From the NCBI GenBank assembly GCA_040386535.1, contig JAZKFH010000032.1, positions 240,710 through 304,709 of the forward strand: a DNA stretch of 64,000 nt. The letters run 5' to 3'. The stretch is from Myxococcota bacterium (GTDB lineage Bacteria > Myxococcota_A > UBA796 > SXON01). Shown piece after piece: positions 49,421 through 62,837 of this stretch (positions are counted from its first letter, which is position 1; each line of letters opens with the position of its first letter). The translations under genes and the position numbers were made by a program. The notes beneath the pieces are model-generated. The model did no database searches and was not told the origin of the DNA. It saw only the letters and a list, made by a program, of their open reading frames with translations.

Positions 49421-51571
49421 TCAGCCCTTCTTCGCCGTCAACGCGATCCGCTTCCGCTCCCGGTCGACCGACACCACCCGCACCGTGATGCGCTTGCCGA
49501 CCTGCACCACCGCGAAGGGGTCCTTCACGAAGCGGTCGGCCAGCTCGGACACGTGGACCAGGCCGTCCTGGTGCACGCCGATGTCCACGAACGCGCCGAA
49601 CGCGGTCACGTTGGTGACCACGCCCTCCATCTCCATCCCGGGCACGAGATCGTCGAGGGTGCGCACGTCGTCGCGGAACCGGGGCGCCTCGAACGAGTCG
49701 CGGGGGTCGCGGCCGGGGCGGGCGAGCTCGGCGAGGATGTCGCGGAGGGTGGGCTCGCCCACGTCGCCGCCGACGTAGCGGCGCAGGTCGATGCGGGCGG
49801 CGAGGGTGGGGTCGCCGACGAGGCGGCGCACGTCCACGCCGAGGTCCTGGGCCATGCGCTCGACCAGGGCATAGCGCTCGGGGTGCACGGCGGAGGCGTC
49901 GAGGGGGTTCCGGGCGGCGCGGATGCGGAGGAAGCCGGCGGCCTGCTCGAAGGTCTTGGGGCCGAGACCCGGCACGGAGAGGAGCTTGCTCCGCGTCGGG
50001 AACGCGCCGTGTTCGTCCCGCCACGCGACGATGCGCTTTGCCAGCGTGGGCCCGATGCCGGCGACGTGCGCGAGGAGCGCGGCGCTGGCGGTGTCGAGCT
50101 CGACCCCGACATGGTTGACGCAGCTCGCAACGACGCCGTCGAGCCGCTCGCCGAGCAGGCCCTCGGTGACGTCGTGCTGGTACTGGCCCACGCCGAGCGA
50201 CTTGGGATCCACCTTGACCAGCTCCGCGAGCGGATCCTGGAGGCGGCGGCCGATGGAGATGGCGCCGCGGATCGTGAGATCGAGCGTGGGGAACTCGTCG
50301 CGGGCGACCTCGGACGCGGAGTACACGCTGGCGCCGACCTCGCTGACGCTCACCACCATCACGTCGGCCAGTCCCGCGTCGGCGAGCGCGGCGCGGGCGA
50401 AGTCGAAGGTCTCCCGGCCGGCGGTGCCGCTCCCGACGGCGACGGCGTCCGCCCCGTGGCGGCGCACGAAGGCGACCAGCTCGGCGGCGGCGGCGGAGGG
50501 GTCCATCGTGGTGTGCGGGTACACGGTGACGGCGCCGAGGAAGCGGCCCATCGGGTCGAGCGCGGCGCACTTGCAGCCGGTGCGGAAGCCCGGATCCATC
50601 GCGACGACCGCGTGTTTGCCGTACGGGGCGGCGAGCAGGAGGTTGCGGAGGTTGGTCGCGAAGACGTCGACCGCCTCGCGCTCGGCCCAGTCGCCGAGGT
50701 CGCCGCGGACCTCGTTCTCGATGGAGGGGGCGAGCAGGCGGGTGTAGCCCTCGCGGATGGCCTCCCGCAGTTGGGCGGCCCACGGCGAGCGCTCGGCCAC
50801 GCCCATCGTGCGCTCCAGGCGCCCCACCATCGCGTCGGTGTCCAGCGCGACGCCCACGCGGAGCACGCCCTCGGTCTCCCCGCGCCGGATCGCGAGGTAG
50901 CGGTGCGCGGCCACGCGCCCGAGCGCCTCCTCGAACGCGTAGTAGTCCTCGAAGCGGGTGCGCTCGCCGTCGGTCGCCTTCTTCACGGCCTTCGACGTGA
51001 CGCGGCCGTGCCGCACGGTGAGCTCGCGCGTGACGACGCGCACGTCCGCGCGCTCGCTCATCACCTCGGCCACGATGTCGCGCGCGCCCGCGAGCGCCGC
51101 TTCCGCGTCGGGCACCTCCTCCCCCACGAACCGCGCGGCGTCGCGCTCGGGGTGGCCGCCGGGCGCCTGGGCCAGGATCCGCTCGGCGAGGGGCCCGAGG
51201 CCCCGGTCGCGGGCAGCGGAGGCGCGGGTCTTCCGCTTGCGCTTGAACGGGAGGTACAGGTCCTCGAGCGCCTGCTTGTCGTCACACGCCCGCACCAGGC
51301 GCTCGAGCGCGGCGTCGAGCTTGCCCACCTCGGCGATGGCGTGCAGGATCACGTCGCGACGTTTCTCGAGCGCGAGCGCGCCCTTCCAGGCGGCCTCCAC
51401 CGCGGCGATCTGCACCTCGTCCAGCCCGCCGGTGGCCTCCTTGCGGTAGCGCGCCACGAAGGGGACCGTGTTGCCGTCGGCGAGGAGCGCGATCACGGCG
51501 CCCACGCCGCGGGGGGGCAGGTCGAGGCGGCGGGCAACGCCGGGGACCGGGTCGAACGGAGGTGGGGTCAT
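49421..51571 (-). CDS. tex: Tex/YhgF transcription accessory protein
   Basis: TVPFVARYRKEATG, DPGFRTGCK, SEVGASVYSAS, GVGQYQHD, C-terminal S1 domain. Confidence 0.96.
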   Translation of the reverse strand: MTPPPFDPVPGVARRLDLPPRGVGAVIALLADGNTVPFVARYRKEATGGLDEVQIAAVEAAWKGALALEKRRDVILHAIAEVGKLDAALERLVRACDDKQALEDLYLPFKRKRKTRASAARDRGLGPLAERILAQAPGGHPERDAARFVGEEVPDAEAALAGARDIVAEVMSERADVRVVTRELTVRHGRVTSKAVKKATDGERTRFEDYYAFEEALGRVAAHRYLAIRRGETEGVLRVGVALDTDAMVGRLERTMGVAERSPWAAQLREAIREGYTRLLAPSIENEVRGDLGDWAEREAVDVFATNLRNLLLAAPYGKHAVVAMDPGFRTGCKCAALDPMGRFLGAVTVYPHTTMDPSAAAAELVAFVRRHGADAVAVGSGTAGRETFDFARAALADAGLADVMVVSVSEVGASVYSASEVARDEFPTLDLTIRGAISIGRRLQDPLAELVKVDPKSLGVGQYQHDVTEGLLGERLDGVVASCVNHVGVELDTASAALLAHVAGIGPTLAKRIVAWRDEHGAFPTRSKLLSVPGLGPKTFEQAAGFLRIRAARNPLDASAVHPERYALVERMAQDLGVDVRRLVGDPTLAARIDLRRYVGGDVGEPTLRDILAELARPGRDPRDSFEAPRFRDDVRTLDDLVPGMEMEGVVTNVTAFGAFVDIGVHQDGLVHVSELADRFVKDPFAVVQVGKRITVRVVSVDRERKRIALTAKKG

Positions 51572-51607
51572 CGCCCCTCGGCTATCGCGGCGCGGCCCGG
51601 CGGACGC

Positions 51608-52831
51608 TCACCGCGTCGGCGGCGGCAGGCCGGGCATCGGCGGCGAGGTGTCCTTGAACAGCGCGTCCTGCGCCGAGGGGGGCCGCGGGCCGTTTGGGGC
51701 TCCGTTGTCGATCACCTGGGTGCCAGGGAACGCCTCCGCCTTCCCGAGGTGGCGCTGCTTGTCGGGCCACCCCGCCGCCACGAGGCGCCGCGCGGCAAAC
51801 TGGCCGAGGAGGCGGTGGCCCAGGGCAGACGGATGCATGGAGTCGACGAACAGGTCGGTCGGGTCGTCGCGGCTCGCGCCCACGAACACCAGCTGCGCAT
51901 CGAAGATCGGGAGCCCGTGCCACGCGGCCACCTCCCGCTGGACGGCGAAGTACGGTTCCCACGACCAGTCCTTCGTCCCGTCCTTGATCCGATCGATGTT
52001 GGTCAACGCGAGGAATGCCACGCCGATGTCGCGCGCCCGCGCTTCCCGGACCATGGCGTCCAGGTTCTCGGCGTAGCGCGCCAGCGGCACGCGCCGGCCC
52101 ACCTCGGTCGGCAGTTGATCCCCCGCCGTCCAACTCACGATCCGCGCGCCGCGCCCGCCGCGCAGCACGTCCGCCCAGGAGGCGACCATGCGGTACAAGG
52201 CGGAGCTGGCGAGCGGGTTGGCGAACGCCTTCTGGGTGCGCAGCAGATCCGCGTCCTGGAAGGAGTCGAAGTTGTTGTCGCTCCACAGGTTGCCGATGAC
52301 GAGCAGATCGGGGCGCAGATCCCACCCCATCTCGTCGAGGAACAGGCGGGTCTGCTCGGTCGAGTAGCCGGGGGTGCCCCCGTTCACGACCTCGGCGGGG
52401 TGCCCGAGCCCGGCGAGGCTGCTCCCGAGCTGGGCCGGAAAGGTCTCGTCGTCCTCCACGCCGTGCCCGAACAGGGAGCTGTCCCCCACCACGAGGACGC
52501 GCGGCACGCCCGCGGGCTTGGGGTCGGCCGGGAGGTCGCCGCGCAGCCCGAGGCGGTTGATGTGCGCGGTGCCGTCGTTGGGGGTCGACTTGACCCCGGG
52601 CGCCGTGTACCAGAGGCGCGACGGGTGCCCGTTGAGCAGCACCACGTCGGGGCCGGACGGACCGTCGGTGTACGCCGGGATGCTCGGGCCGACGACGCGG
52701 GCGAACGCCTCGAGCCCACCGAGCGTCAGCACCAGCACCACGGACGCGGCGACGAGCTTGAAGCGGAGCGAGCGGCCCCCCCGAGATCCTACCTGCAAGC
52801 CCTCTCCGTTCGGCGGCGCCGAGAATAACAT
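51608..52831 (-). CDS. Membrane-anchored SGNH/GDSL hydrolase
   Basis: TM anchor, VGDSSLFG, NGGTPGYST, DSMHP. Start uncertain. Confidence 0.85.
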   Translation of the reverse strand: MLFSAPPNGEGLQVGSRGGRSLRFKLVAASVVLVLTLGGLEAFARVVGPSIPAYTDGPSGPDVVLLNGHPSRLWYTAPGVKSTPNDGTAHINRLGLRGDLPADPKPAGVPRVLVVGDSSLFGHGVEDDETFPAQLGSSLAGLGHPAEVVNGGTPGYSTEQTRLFLDEMGWDLRPDLLVIGNLWSDNNFDSFQDADLLRTQKAFANPLASSALYRMVASWADVLRGGRGARIVSWTAGDQLPTEVGRRVPLARYAENLDAMVREARARDIGVAFLALTNIDRIKDGTKDWSWEPYFAVQREVAAWHGLPIFDAQLVFVGASRDDPTDLFVDSMHPSALGHRLLGQFAARRLVAAGWPDKQRHLGKAEAFPGTQVIDNGAPNGPRPPSAQDALFKDTSPPMPGLPPPTR

Positions 52832-52894
52832 TGTTCGCGCCGGCTCCCGAGGCTGCCGGAGGGGGCGAGGCCCTCCGCACGCGCGCGGCGCCGG

Positions 52895-54154
52895 CTACCC
52901 GAGCACCGCCACCGTCTCCACGTGCACGGTCTGCGGGAACATGTCGTAGGGCGTGATCCGCCGCACCCGCAGGCCGCCGGCGACCAGCCGCGCCAGGTCG
53001 CGCGCGAGCGTCCGTGGGTCACACGACACGTACACGAGCTCGGAGGGCGCCAGCGCGAGGAGCCGCTCGGTCACGCCGGGCGCGAGGCCGCTCCGGGGCG
53101 GGTTGACCACCACGAGGCCCCCGGCGAAGGCGGCGGGGAGCGCGTCCCCGACGGCGGCCGCCTCGAAACGCGCGGCGATGCCGTTGCGGTCGGCGTTCTC
53201 GCGCGCGCGGGCCACGGCGGCGGGCGAGGCCTCGATGCCCATGACGGCGGAGGCTGCGCGGCCGAGCTGGAGCGCCACGGCGCCGACCCCACAGTACAGG
53301 TCGAGCAGGGGGCGCCCGTCGGGGCGCGGCAGATCGGCCCAGAGCCGCGCGGCGGTGGCGGGGTTGGTCTGGAAGAAGTCGGTGGGGCCCACCCCGAAGA
53401 CCACGCCGTCCACGTGCTCGTCGATGCGCTCCACCCCCACGATCCGCTCGGTGGGCCCGTCCGCGGCGAAGATCGCGTCTCCCGGGCGGTCGTTCACGTG
53501 CAGGAACACCCCGTCGGCCGGGAGCGTCGCCGCGACCCGACGGAGCTCCGGGGTGTCGCCCCGGGCCACGAGCGTGGCGAGCACGGTGCCGTGGCTCCGC
53601 GAGCGGCGCACGACCACGTGGCGCAGCAGCCCGTCGGGCAGCGGCAGGCGCAGGGTGGTCCACGCGCGGAGGGCCGGGGCGAGCACCGCGCACCCCTCGA
53701 CCCCCACGACGTCATGGCTGTGCCGCCCGAACGCGCCGAGCCGCACGGCGCCGCCGTCGTAGCGCGCCACCAGCTTGGCGAGGTGGCGATAGCCGGTGTC
53801 GCCGTCGGGGCACGGCACGACGGCCTGCACCGCGCCTGACACTTCCGTCGGCAGGCCGGCGTCCGTCAGCGCGTCGACCACGAGCGCCCGCCGCCAGCGT
53901 CGCGATGCCTCGGGTGTCAGGTGCATCCACGGGCAGCCGCCACACGGGCGGTAGTGGGGGCACGGCGGGGCCACCCGGTCCGGCGACGGGACCTTGGCCC
54001 CCACCCACTCCGCGTAGTCGACATGCCCGCCGCGGCCGAGCACGCGGACCTCGGCCTCCTCGTCGGGCACGCCGCCGAACACCCGCGTGGGGTGTGGCCC
54101 GTCCGTCACGGCCTCGCCGCGGGGATGGAAGCGGGTGGGTCGGAGCACGCGCAT
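52895..54154 (-). CDS. rlmD: RNA m5U methyltransferase, RlmD/RumA (TrmA family)
   Basis: CPHYRPCGGC Fe-S motif, FFQTN, DLYCGVG, NPPRSG, YVSCDP, DMFPQTVHVE. Confidence 0.9.
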   Translation of the reverse strand: MRVLRPTRFHPRGEAVTDGPHPTRVFGGVPDEEAEVRVLGRGGHVDYAEWVGAKVPSPDRVAPPCPHYRPCGGCPWMHLTPEASRRWRRALVVDALTDAGLPTEVSGAVQAVVPCPDGDTGYRHLAKLVARYDGGAVRLGAFGRHSHDVVGVEGCAVLAPALRAWTTLRLPLPDGLLRHVVVRRSRSHGTVLATLVARGDTPELRRVAATLPADGVFLHVNDRPGDAIFAADGPTERIVGVERIDEHVDGVVFGVGPTDFFQTNPATAARLWADLPRPDGRPLLDLYCGVGAVALQLGRAASAVMGIEASPAAVARARENADRNGIAARFEAAAVGDALPAAFAGGLVVVNPPRSGLAPGVTERLLALAPSELVYVSCDPRTLARDLARLVAGGLRVRRITPYDMFPQTVHVETVAVLG

Positions 54155-54256
54155 CGGGCGCGGGTCTATCGCGGGGCGTGGCCCGTTCGTACGCGCACGG
54201 GCGTGAACGGGGGTCCGGCGGCAGGATTCACTCAACGTTCCCGGCCGCAGACCGAT

Positions 54257-55803
<1,547 letters not shown>

Positions 55804-55807
<4 letters not shown>

Positions 55808-56997
55808 GGCGCATCCTGTTCGTGGACGACGAACAAGCCATCCTCGACAGCCTCCGCGATCTGCTCCGGCCGCAACGCAAGGTGTGGCAGATGAGCTTCG
55901 CCCGCACGGGCGAGGAGGCGCTGAAGGTGCTGGAGACGGAGCCCTACGACGTCGTGGTGTCCGACATGCGGATGCCGCGGATGGACGGCGCCACCCTGCT
56001 GCGCGAGGTCAAGGAGCGCTATCCGCGCGTGGTGCGCATCGTGTTGTCCGGGCACACGGAGATGGAGGCGGCGCTGCGCACGGTGCCCATCGCCCACCAG
56101 TTCCTCGGCAAGCCCTGCGAGGCCGACCGGCTCCGCTCCGTCATCCAGCGCACCTGCGATCTGCAGGACCTGCTCCACGACGAGAACCTGCGCCGCCGCG
56201 TGGGCCAGATCACCGCGCTCCCGTCGGCCCCGCGCATCTACGTGGCCCTCACCAAGGCCCTGGTCGACCCCGAGGTGTCCCTCCGCGACGTGGCGGCGAT
56301 CCTCGAGAAGGACATGGCGATGTCCGCCAAGGTGCTCCAGGTGGTCAACTCGGCCTTCTTCGGCCTGCCCCGCCGCCTCTCCAGCCTGTTGGAGGCCGTG
56401 AGCTACCTCGGCATCAGCGTGATCAAGAACCTCGTGCTGAGCATGGAGGCCTTCCGCGAGCTGCGCGGCGGCGAGGCCGCCAAGGGCTTCGACGTCGACC
56501 GGGTGCAGCGCCAGTGTTTCGTGACCGGCCGTATCGCCCAACGGATGCTCCCCGATCGTCGGGACGCGCAAGACGCGTTCGTGGCCGGCACGCTCCACGA
56601 GCTCGGCACCCTCATCCTCGCCACCCGCGAGCCCCTCGCGTTCGCCACCGTCGACGCCGAGGCCACCGCGCGCGGCGTGCCCCGCCACGTGGTGGAGCGG
56701 GAGCAGGGCGGCGTGTCGCACGCCGAGGTGGGCGCCTACCTGATCGGCCTGTGGGGCCTGCCCTACGGCATCGCCGAGGCCGTGGCCCACCACCACGACC
56801 CGATGCGGCTGGAGCCCACCCGCTTCGGCGTGGCGGAGGCCGTGCACTGCGCCAGCGCGCTTGCCATCGAGGCGATCGGGCTGCCCGGCGTCCAGGAGGT
56901 ACCGGAGCCGCGGCTCGTCGAGCGGCTGGATCTGGGAGGCTCCCTCCCCGCCTGGCGCGAGATCGCGCGCGAAGAAGCCAACCGGAGCGAGGTGTAG
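55804..56997 (+). CDS. REC-HDOD response regulator
   Basis: ILFVDDE, SDMRMP; LPSAP...D.AMSAKVLQVVNSAFFG, LHELG, HAEVGAYL..WGLP. Confidence 0.92.
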
Positions 56998-56998
56998 C

Positions 56999-58147
56999 GT
57001 GACAGCCGACCGCCCCCGCCTCCTCCTCGTCGACGACGAGCCCGCCGTGCTCGAAGGGCTCCAGCTCCACCTGCGGCGCCGCTTCACGACGTCGACGGCC
57101 ACCAGCGGCCCCGAAGCGCTCGCCCTCATCGCGGACAGCGAGCCGTTCGCCGTGGTCATGTCGGACATGCGCATGCCCGGCATGAACGGCGCGACGCTGC
57201 TCGCCCAAGTGCGGCAGCGCTCGCCGGACTCGGTGCGCCTGCTGCTCACGGGTTACTCCGAGATCGACGCCGCCATCGCCGCGGTCAACGAAGGCCAGGT
57301 GTTCCGCTTCCTGACGAAGCCGTGCCCCCCCGAGGTGCTGGTGAGCCAGCTCGCGGCGGCGGCGGAGCAACACCGCCTCGTCACCGCCGAGCGGGTCCTG
57401 TTGGAGCAGACGCTCCGCGGCGCCGTGCGCGCCCTGACCGATCTGCTCGGCCTCGCGAGCCCCGCCGCGTTCGGACGCGCCGGCCGCGTGAAGGACCACG
57501 TGACGCGCCTCTGCGCGGCGCTGGCGCTGCCCGACGCGTGGCACGTCGAGGTGGCCGCGATGCTCTCGCAGATCGGCTGCATCACGCTGCCGCCGGCCAC
57601 GGTGGAGAAGCACTACCTCGGCCTCCCCCTGCTCCCCGCGGACCAGGCGATGGTCGACCGGCTGCCGGCCCTCGCGTTCCAGCTCCTCGGGCCGATCCCG
57701 CGGATGGAGCCGGTCCGCGAGATCCTCGCGGCGATGGATCGTCGCTTCGACACGAGCGCTCGGCTCCCGCTTCCGCTGGGCGCCCGCCTGCTGAAGCTCG
57801 CCCTCGACCACGATCTGCTCGACACGCGCGGCCTCGACACCGACACCCTGCTCGCGACCCTGCGCGGCCGGACCGGCTGGTACGATCCGGTGCTCCTCGA
57901 CGCGTGGTGCGCGCTCGAAGCGCCCGACGCCGCGGTCGACGCGGTGCACGAGGTGCGCCTGGTCGAGCTGCGCGCCGGCATGGTGTTCGCGGCGGACGTG
58001 CGCACCCGCGCCGGGATGTTGCTCATCGCCCGCGGCTACGAGGCCACGCCCGGCATCCTGGAGCGCCTCGGAAACCTCGGCAGCGCCGGGGTCACCGAGC
58101 CGCTCCGGGTGCGGCTCCCACGGCGCGGGGCCCCGGCGCGGGCGTGA
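56999..58147 (+). CDS. REC plus degenerate HD-GYP-like response regulator
   Basis: LLVDDE, SDMRMP, TKP. HD position reads AAMLSQIG. C-terminal LRAGMVFAADV...GMLL subdomain. Confidence 0.85.
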   Translation: MTADRPRLLLVDDEPAVLEGLQLHLRRRFTTSTATSGPEALALIADSEPFAVVMSDMRMPGMNGATLLAQVRQRSPDSVRLLLTGYSEIDAAIAAVNEGQVFRFLTKPCPPEVLVSQLAAAAEQHRLVTAERVLLEQTLRGAVRALTDLLGLASPAAFGRAGRVKDHVTRLCAALALPDAWHVEVAAMLSQIGCITLPPATVEKHYLGLPLLPADQAMVDRLPALAFQLLGPIPRMEPVREILAAMDRRFDTSARLPLPLGARLLKLALDHDLLDTRGLDTDTLLATLRGRTGWYDPVLLDAWCALEAPDAAVDAVHEVRLVELRAGMVFAADVRTRAGMLLIARGYEATPGILERLGNLGSAGVTEPLRVRLPRRGAPARA

Positions 58148-58221
58148 AGCATGCGTGAAAGGGGCGGGCCATGGTCCCGCCGGCACGAACGGGGCACGTT
58201 GACCAGCGCAAGCGGGTGCCC

Positions 58222-58581
58222 ATGTTGTTCCTGGTTCACCTCCTCGACCTCGGGCTCCTCACGTCCGACCAGTCGGTCACGGTCCTGCGCCACCTCGCCA
58301 CGCACAGCATCCCGCTCGGCCGCATCGCGCGGGTCGAGGGCATGATGACCACCCACGCCGTGATGGACACGCTGTCGTTGCAGGCGGCGCGTCCGGGGGC
58401 GCGCTTTGGCGAGCTGGCGATGGAGCTCGGGTTTCTCGAAGAGGGCCAGATCAGCGCGCTCATCCTGGCGCAGATCCGCCGCCAGCCGCGTGTGGAGGAC
58501 ATCGTGGTCGAGCTCGGCCTGCTCACGAAGGAGCAGGTCACCGAGGCGCGGCGCACGTTCCTGCACCGGCGCGAGGAGTAG
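58222..58581 (+). CDS. Small protein of tandem MshEN-like repeats
   Basis: PLGRIARVEGMM...LSLQ, RFGELAMELGFL...ILAQ, RVEDIVVELGLL. Confidence 0.7.
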   Translation: MLFLVHLLDLGLLTSDQSVTVLRHLATHSIPLGRIARVEGMMTTHAVMDTLSLQAARPGARFGELAMELGFLEEGQISALILAQIRRQPRVEDIVVELGLLTKEQVTEARRTFLHRREE

Positions 58582-58598
58582 GGGTCAACCCGAAAAGG

Positions 58599-59024
58599 TC
58601 AACCTGCGGGCTCGTCCTGGCGGTCGAGGAACAGCACCCCGACGTAGGCGACGTCCAGGTCGAGCTCGGAGAAGCCCTGCCCGAACGTGCCGTTCACGGC
58701 GAGGCCGAAGCCCGCGCGTTTGTACGTGCACCAGAGCTCGTCGCCGTCGATGTTGACGTCGGAGATCTCGGTGATCTCCTTGCCATCGAACACGCCGAGG
58801 GGGCCGCGGGTCTTTCCGCGCAGCGTCGCGACCCCGGACACCCCGTCCTCCCCGGGCTCCAACGTGAGCGTGAAGGAGGTGTCCCTCTCCTCGACGGTGA
58901 TGCCGGGGTCGAGCTCCGCGTCGCGCAGGAACCCGACGTAGGTGCCGAAGATCTCGTCCTCACCGGGACCGTGGCATGCGCAGGCGAACACGATCGCGGC
59001 GAGGGAGCCAATGGAAGGTGACAT
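58599..59024 (-). CDS. Hypothetical lipoprotein
   Basis: Hydrophobic leader ending FACAC, beta-rich body. Confidence 0.65.
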   Translation of the reverse strand: MSPSIGSLAAIVFACACHGPGEDEIFGTYVGFLRDAELDPGITVEERDTSFTLTLEPGEDGVSGVATLRGKTRGPLGVFDGKEITEISDVNIDGDELWCTYKRAGFGLAVNGTFGQGFSELDLDVAYVGVLFLDRQDEPAG

Positions 59025-59116
59025 GCGAACCCCTGGCTTCTCCGTACATAGGCACGCGCACGTTCGCCGCCGGGCTCCTGGTGTTCAGGCATGCGACGTG
59101 AGATCGCCGACGGTGG

Positions 59117-60088
59117 CTACGTTGTTGCGTTTGGTTGGTTTGTGACACCAGGCACGCTGGATTGGCTCAGAAGCGGGCGGCCGAGGACCGGGCGGCCGAG
59201 CAGCGGGCGGCCGAGAAAGGCCAGGCTTTCGTCGAGGGCGCGCTGCGCGAGGGCCGGATCGAGCGCGCCGCGCCAGACCCGGCGCGACGGCAGGCGGTCG
59301 AAGCTGTACACCGCGCCGTTCTCGACGCCGGGCGACGTGAGCATCCACGCCGCGGCGCCCGCGGAGCGGGTGGGCGTGCTCGCGTCCGGGAGCAGCGGGA
59401 CGAGCCAGCGGAGCACCGTGGACCAGAGCAGACGCGCGGCCGCCGGCGCCGTACGGGCGAGGCCGGTGCCGGGCATGAGGCCGGGATCGAGGACGTGGAA
59501 CGTGGTGCGGTCGGCGGGGACGGCGCGGGCGAGCGCCATCCCGGTGAGCATGGAGAGGAGCTTGCTGGTGGCGTAGCGATCCCGGCCGCGCGCCGGGTCG
59601 GTCGTCGCATCGCCCTCCCCCCGCGCGAGCGCCGCGATCGAGGTGAACCGCCCGCCGCGGAAGCCGAACATCCGCGCGAGGCGGCTCTCGGGGTGGTGCG
59701 TGCCGCTGCCGATGAAGATCACGCGTCCGCCGTGGAGGTGCGGCAGGAGCCCCATCGTGAGCTCGAGCGCGGCGAGGTGGTTGACCGCGACGGTCTCCTC
59801 CCAGCCGTCATCCGTGTGGCGGAGCGCGGCGGTGTTCTGCACGCCGGCGTTGTTGACGAGGCCGGCGAGCGGGCCCTCCCAGGCGGCGGCGAAGGCGCGC
59901 ACCGCGCCGAGCGAGGACAGGTCGAGCCGACGCACCTCCACGTTGGGGCCGAGCGCGCGGGCCACCTCGGCGCCGCGGGCCACGTCGCGCACCGCGAGGA
60001 CCACGTGGTGGGACGGATCGGCGGCGAGCGCGGCGGCGATGGCGCGGCCGAGGCCCTGGGTGGCGCCGGTGACGAGGAAGGTGGGCAT
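59117..60088 (-). CDS. Short-chain dehydrogenase/reductase (retinol-DH/POR-like)
   Basis: TGATQGLG, NNAG, YATSK, DPGLMPGTGL. Confidence 0.93.
   Translation of the reverse strand: MPTFLVTGATQGLGRAIAAALAADPSHHVVLAVRDVARGAEVARALGPNVEVRRLDLSSLGAVRAFAAAWEGPLAGLVNNAGVQNTAALRHTDDGWEETVAVNHLAALELTMGLLPHLHGGRVIFIGSGTHHPESRLARMFGFRGGRFTSIAALARGEGDATTDPARGRDRYATSKLLSMLTGMALARAVPADRTTFHVLDPGLMPGTGLARTAPAAARLLWSTVLRWLVPLLPDASTPTRSAGAAAWMLTSPGVENGAVYSFDRLPSRRVWRGALDPALAQRALDESLAFLGRPLLGRPVLGRPLLSQSSVPGVTNQPNATT
59173..59217. repeat. Three 15-bp tandem repeats in the SDR 3' end
   Basis: gcgggcggccgagga-like unit x3, encoding LGRP[LV] repeats. Confidence 0.75.
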
Positions 60089-60131
60089 GCGGGCTCCGAG
60101 GAAACGGGGTTGCGCGGCCGGGTCCGGCGCG

Positions 60132-60174
60132 TGAAGGGATAATATGAGGATTCCTTCAGGTTTGGCATTCGCAT
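60132..60174. promoter_or_regulatory. Candidate TetR operator between divergent SDR and tetR
   Basis: AT-rich patch with TGAAGG(G)AT...ATTCCTTCA inverted repeat. Confidence 0.45.
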
Positions 60175-60794
60175 CCTCCGGAGAGGGGCTCGACGCGCGG
60201 ATTCGCCAGCGCAAAGCGCCATCCCAGGCGCGCGCCCAACACACCGTGGCCGCGATTCTGGAGGCGGCCCTTCAGGTTCTCGTCACCACGGGGGCCGAGG
60301 GGCTCACGACCACCCGCGTCGCGGAGCGGGCCGGCGTGTCGGTCGGCACCTTGTACCAGTACTTTCCCGACAAGCGCGCGCTCGTGGTGGCGCTCCGGGT
60401 GCGTTATGTCGACGGGCTGGTGGAGCACGTCGGAGCGGCGATGCGCGCCGCGGCCGGGCTCCCGCCCGAGGCGGCGTTCCGCCCCGTCATCACGGCGCTC
60501 CTCACGTTCAAGCGCGAGAACCTGCAGCTCTCGCGGGCGGTGCGCGCGGCCGGCGGGGACTTCACCCAGCCGGAGATGATCCGCGCGGTCGGGGCGCGGC
60601 TGGTGCAGGTGACCCAGGCCTTCGTGGAGGCGGCGGCGCCCGGCAGGGCCCATCCCGAGCTTGTCGCCCGCGTGCTCGTCGGCGCGATCGAAGGCGCACT
60701 GTCCGTGGCCGTCGACGAGTCGCCCGAGCTCCTCGCGTCGGACGCCTTCGCGGAGGAGCTGATGCGGTTGGCGGGGGGGTATCTGAAGGGGTGA
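60144..60794 (+). CDS. TetR/AcrR family regulator
   Basis: RKAPSQAR...ILEAA...TTTRVAERAGVSVGTLYQYFPDK. Start uncertain. Confidence 0.93.
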   Translation: MRIPSGLAFASSGEGLDARIRQRKAPSQARAQHTVAAILEAALQVLVTTGAEGLTTTRVAERAGVSVGTLYQYFPDKRALVVALRVRYVDGLVEHVGAAMRAAAGLPPEAAFRPVITALLTFKRENLQLSRAVRAAGGDFTQPEMIRAVGARLVQVTQAFVEAAAPGRAHPELVARVLVGAIEGALSVAVDESPELLASDAFAEELMRLAGGYLKG

Positions 60795-60839
60795 GGTTGG
60801 GCGGGGGCGCGGCCGAGAGCTCGTTGCCTCCGGTGACGC

Positions 60840-61055
60840 CGACCCGACAGATCGGGCGTCAGTGCCGGTCGTGACGCGAGATTTGTCGGGTCTTGGCGCC
60901 GGTTGGGGCAGACGAGACTGCCGTCACCGTCCGCCTCGAACGGTCCAACGCCGACTTTCGCCGAGCGCCCTACGCGGACGGCGCCGAGCGAGGCCCTACG
61001 ACCCGACAAAACGGGCGTCAGTGCCGGTCGTGAGGCGAGATCTGTCGGGTCTTGG
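60840..61055. repeat. Two 57-bp palindromic direct repeats (REP/MITE-like)
   Basis: 60840-60896 and 60999-61055 differ at 4 positions. Each has GACCCGACA...TGTCGGGTC arms. Confidence 0.9.
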
Positions 61056-61248
61056 ACGCTCTCGAGTCCCGACAGCGCCCCGGTGAGGGCGGCGGGCGCG
61101 CCCCCGAAGGCCGGGATGTCCACCGGGGCGCGGCGGCCCCGCTCGGGGGGCCGGGCACCGCGCCCAGCGCTGGTCGCCCAACCATCCGCTCGAGGTTTGC
61201 CCTGCCACGGCTTGACACCCCCCCGGATCCTGGGCGATAGCCGCCGCC

Positions 61249-62799
<1,551 letters not shown>

Positions 62800-62837
62800 G
62801 AGCGTTGGCGAGGGCCCGTTTGCGATAGGCTTGCGGG

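Noticed and set aside
42083..52828. Long ORFs 42083..45871 (-) and 49553..52828 (+)
   Set aside because: Opposite-strand shadows of genes with clear motifs.
60840..61055. Possible CRISPR array
   Set aside because: Only two copies, 57-bp unit, about 100-nt spacer, no cas genes in the window.
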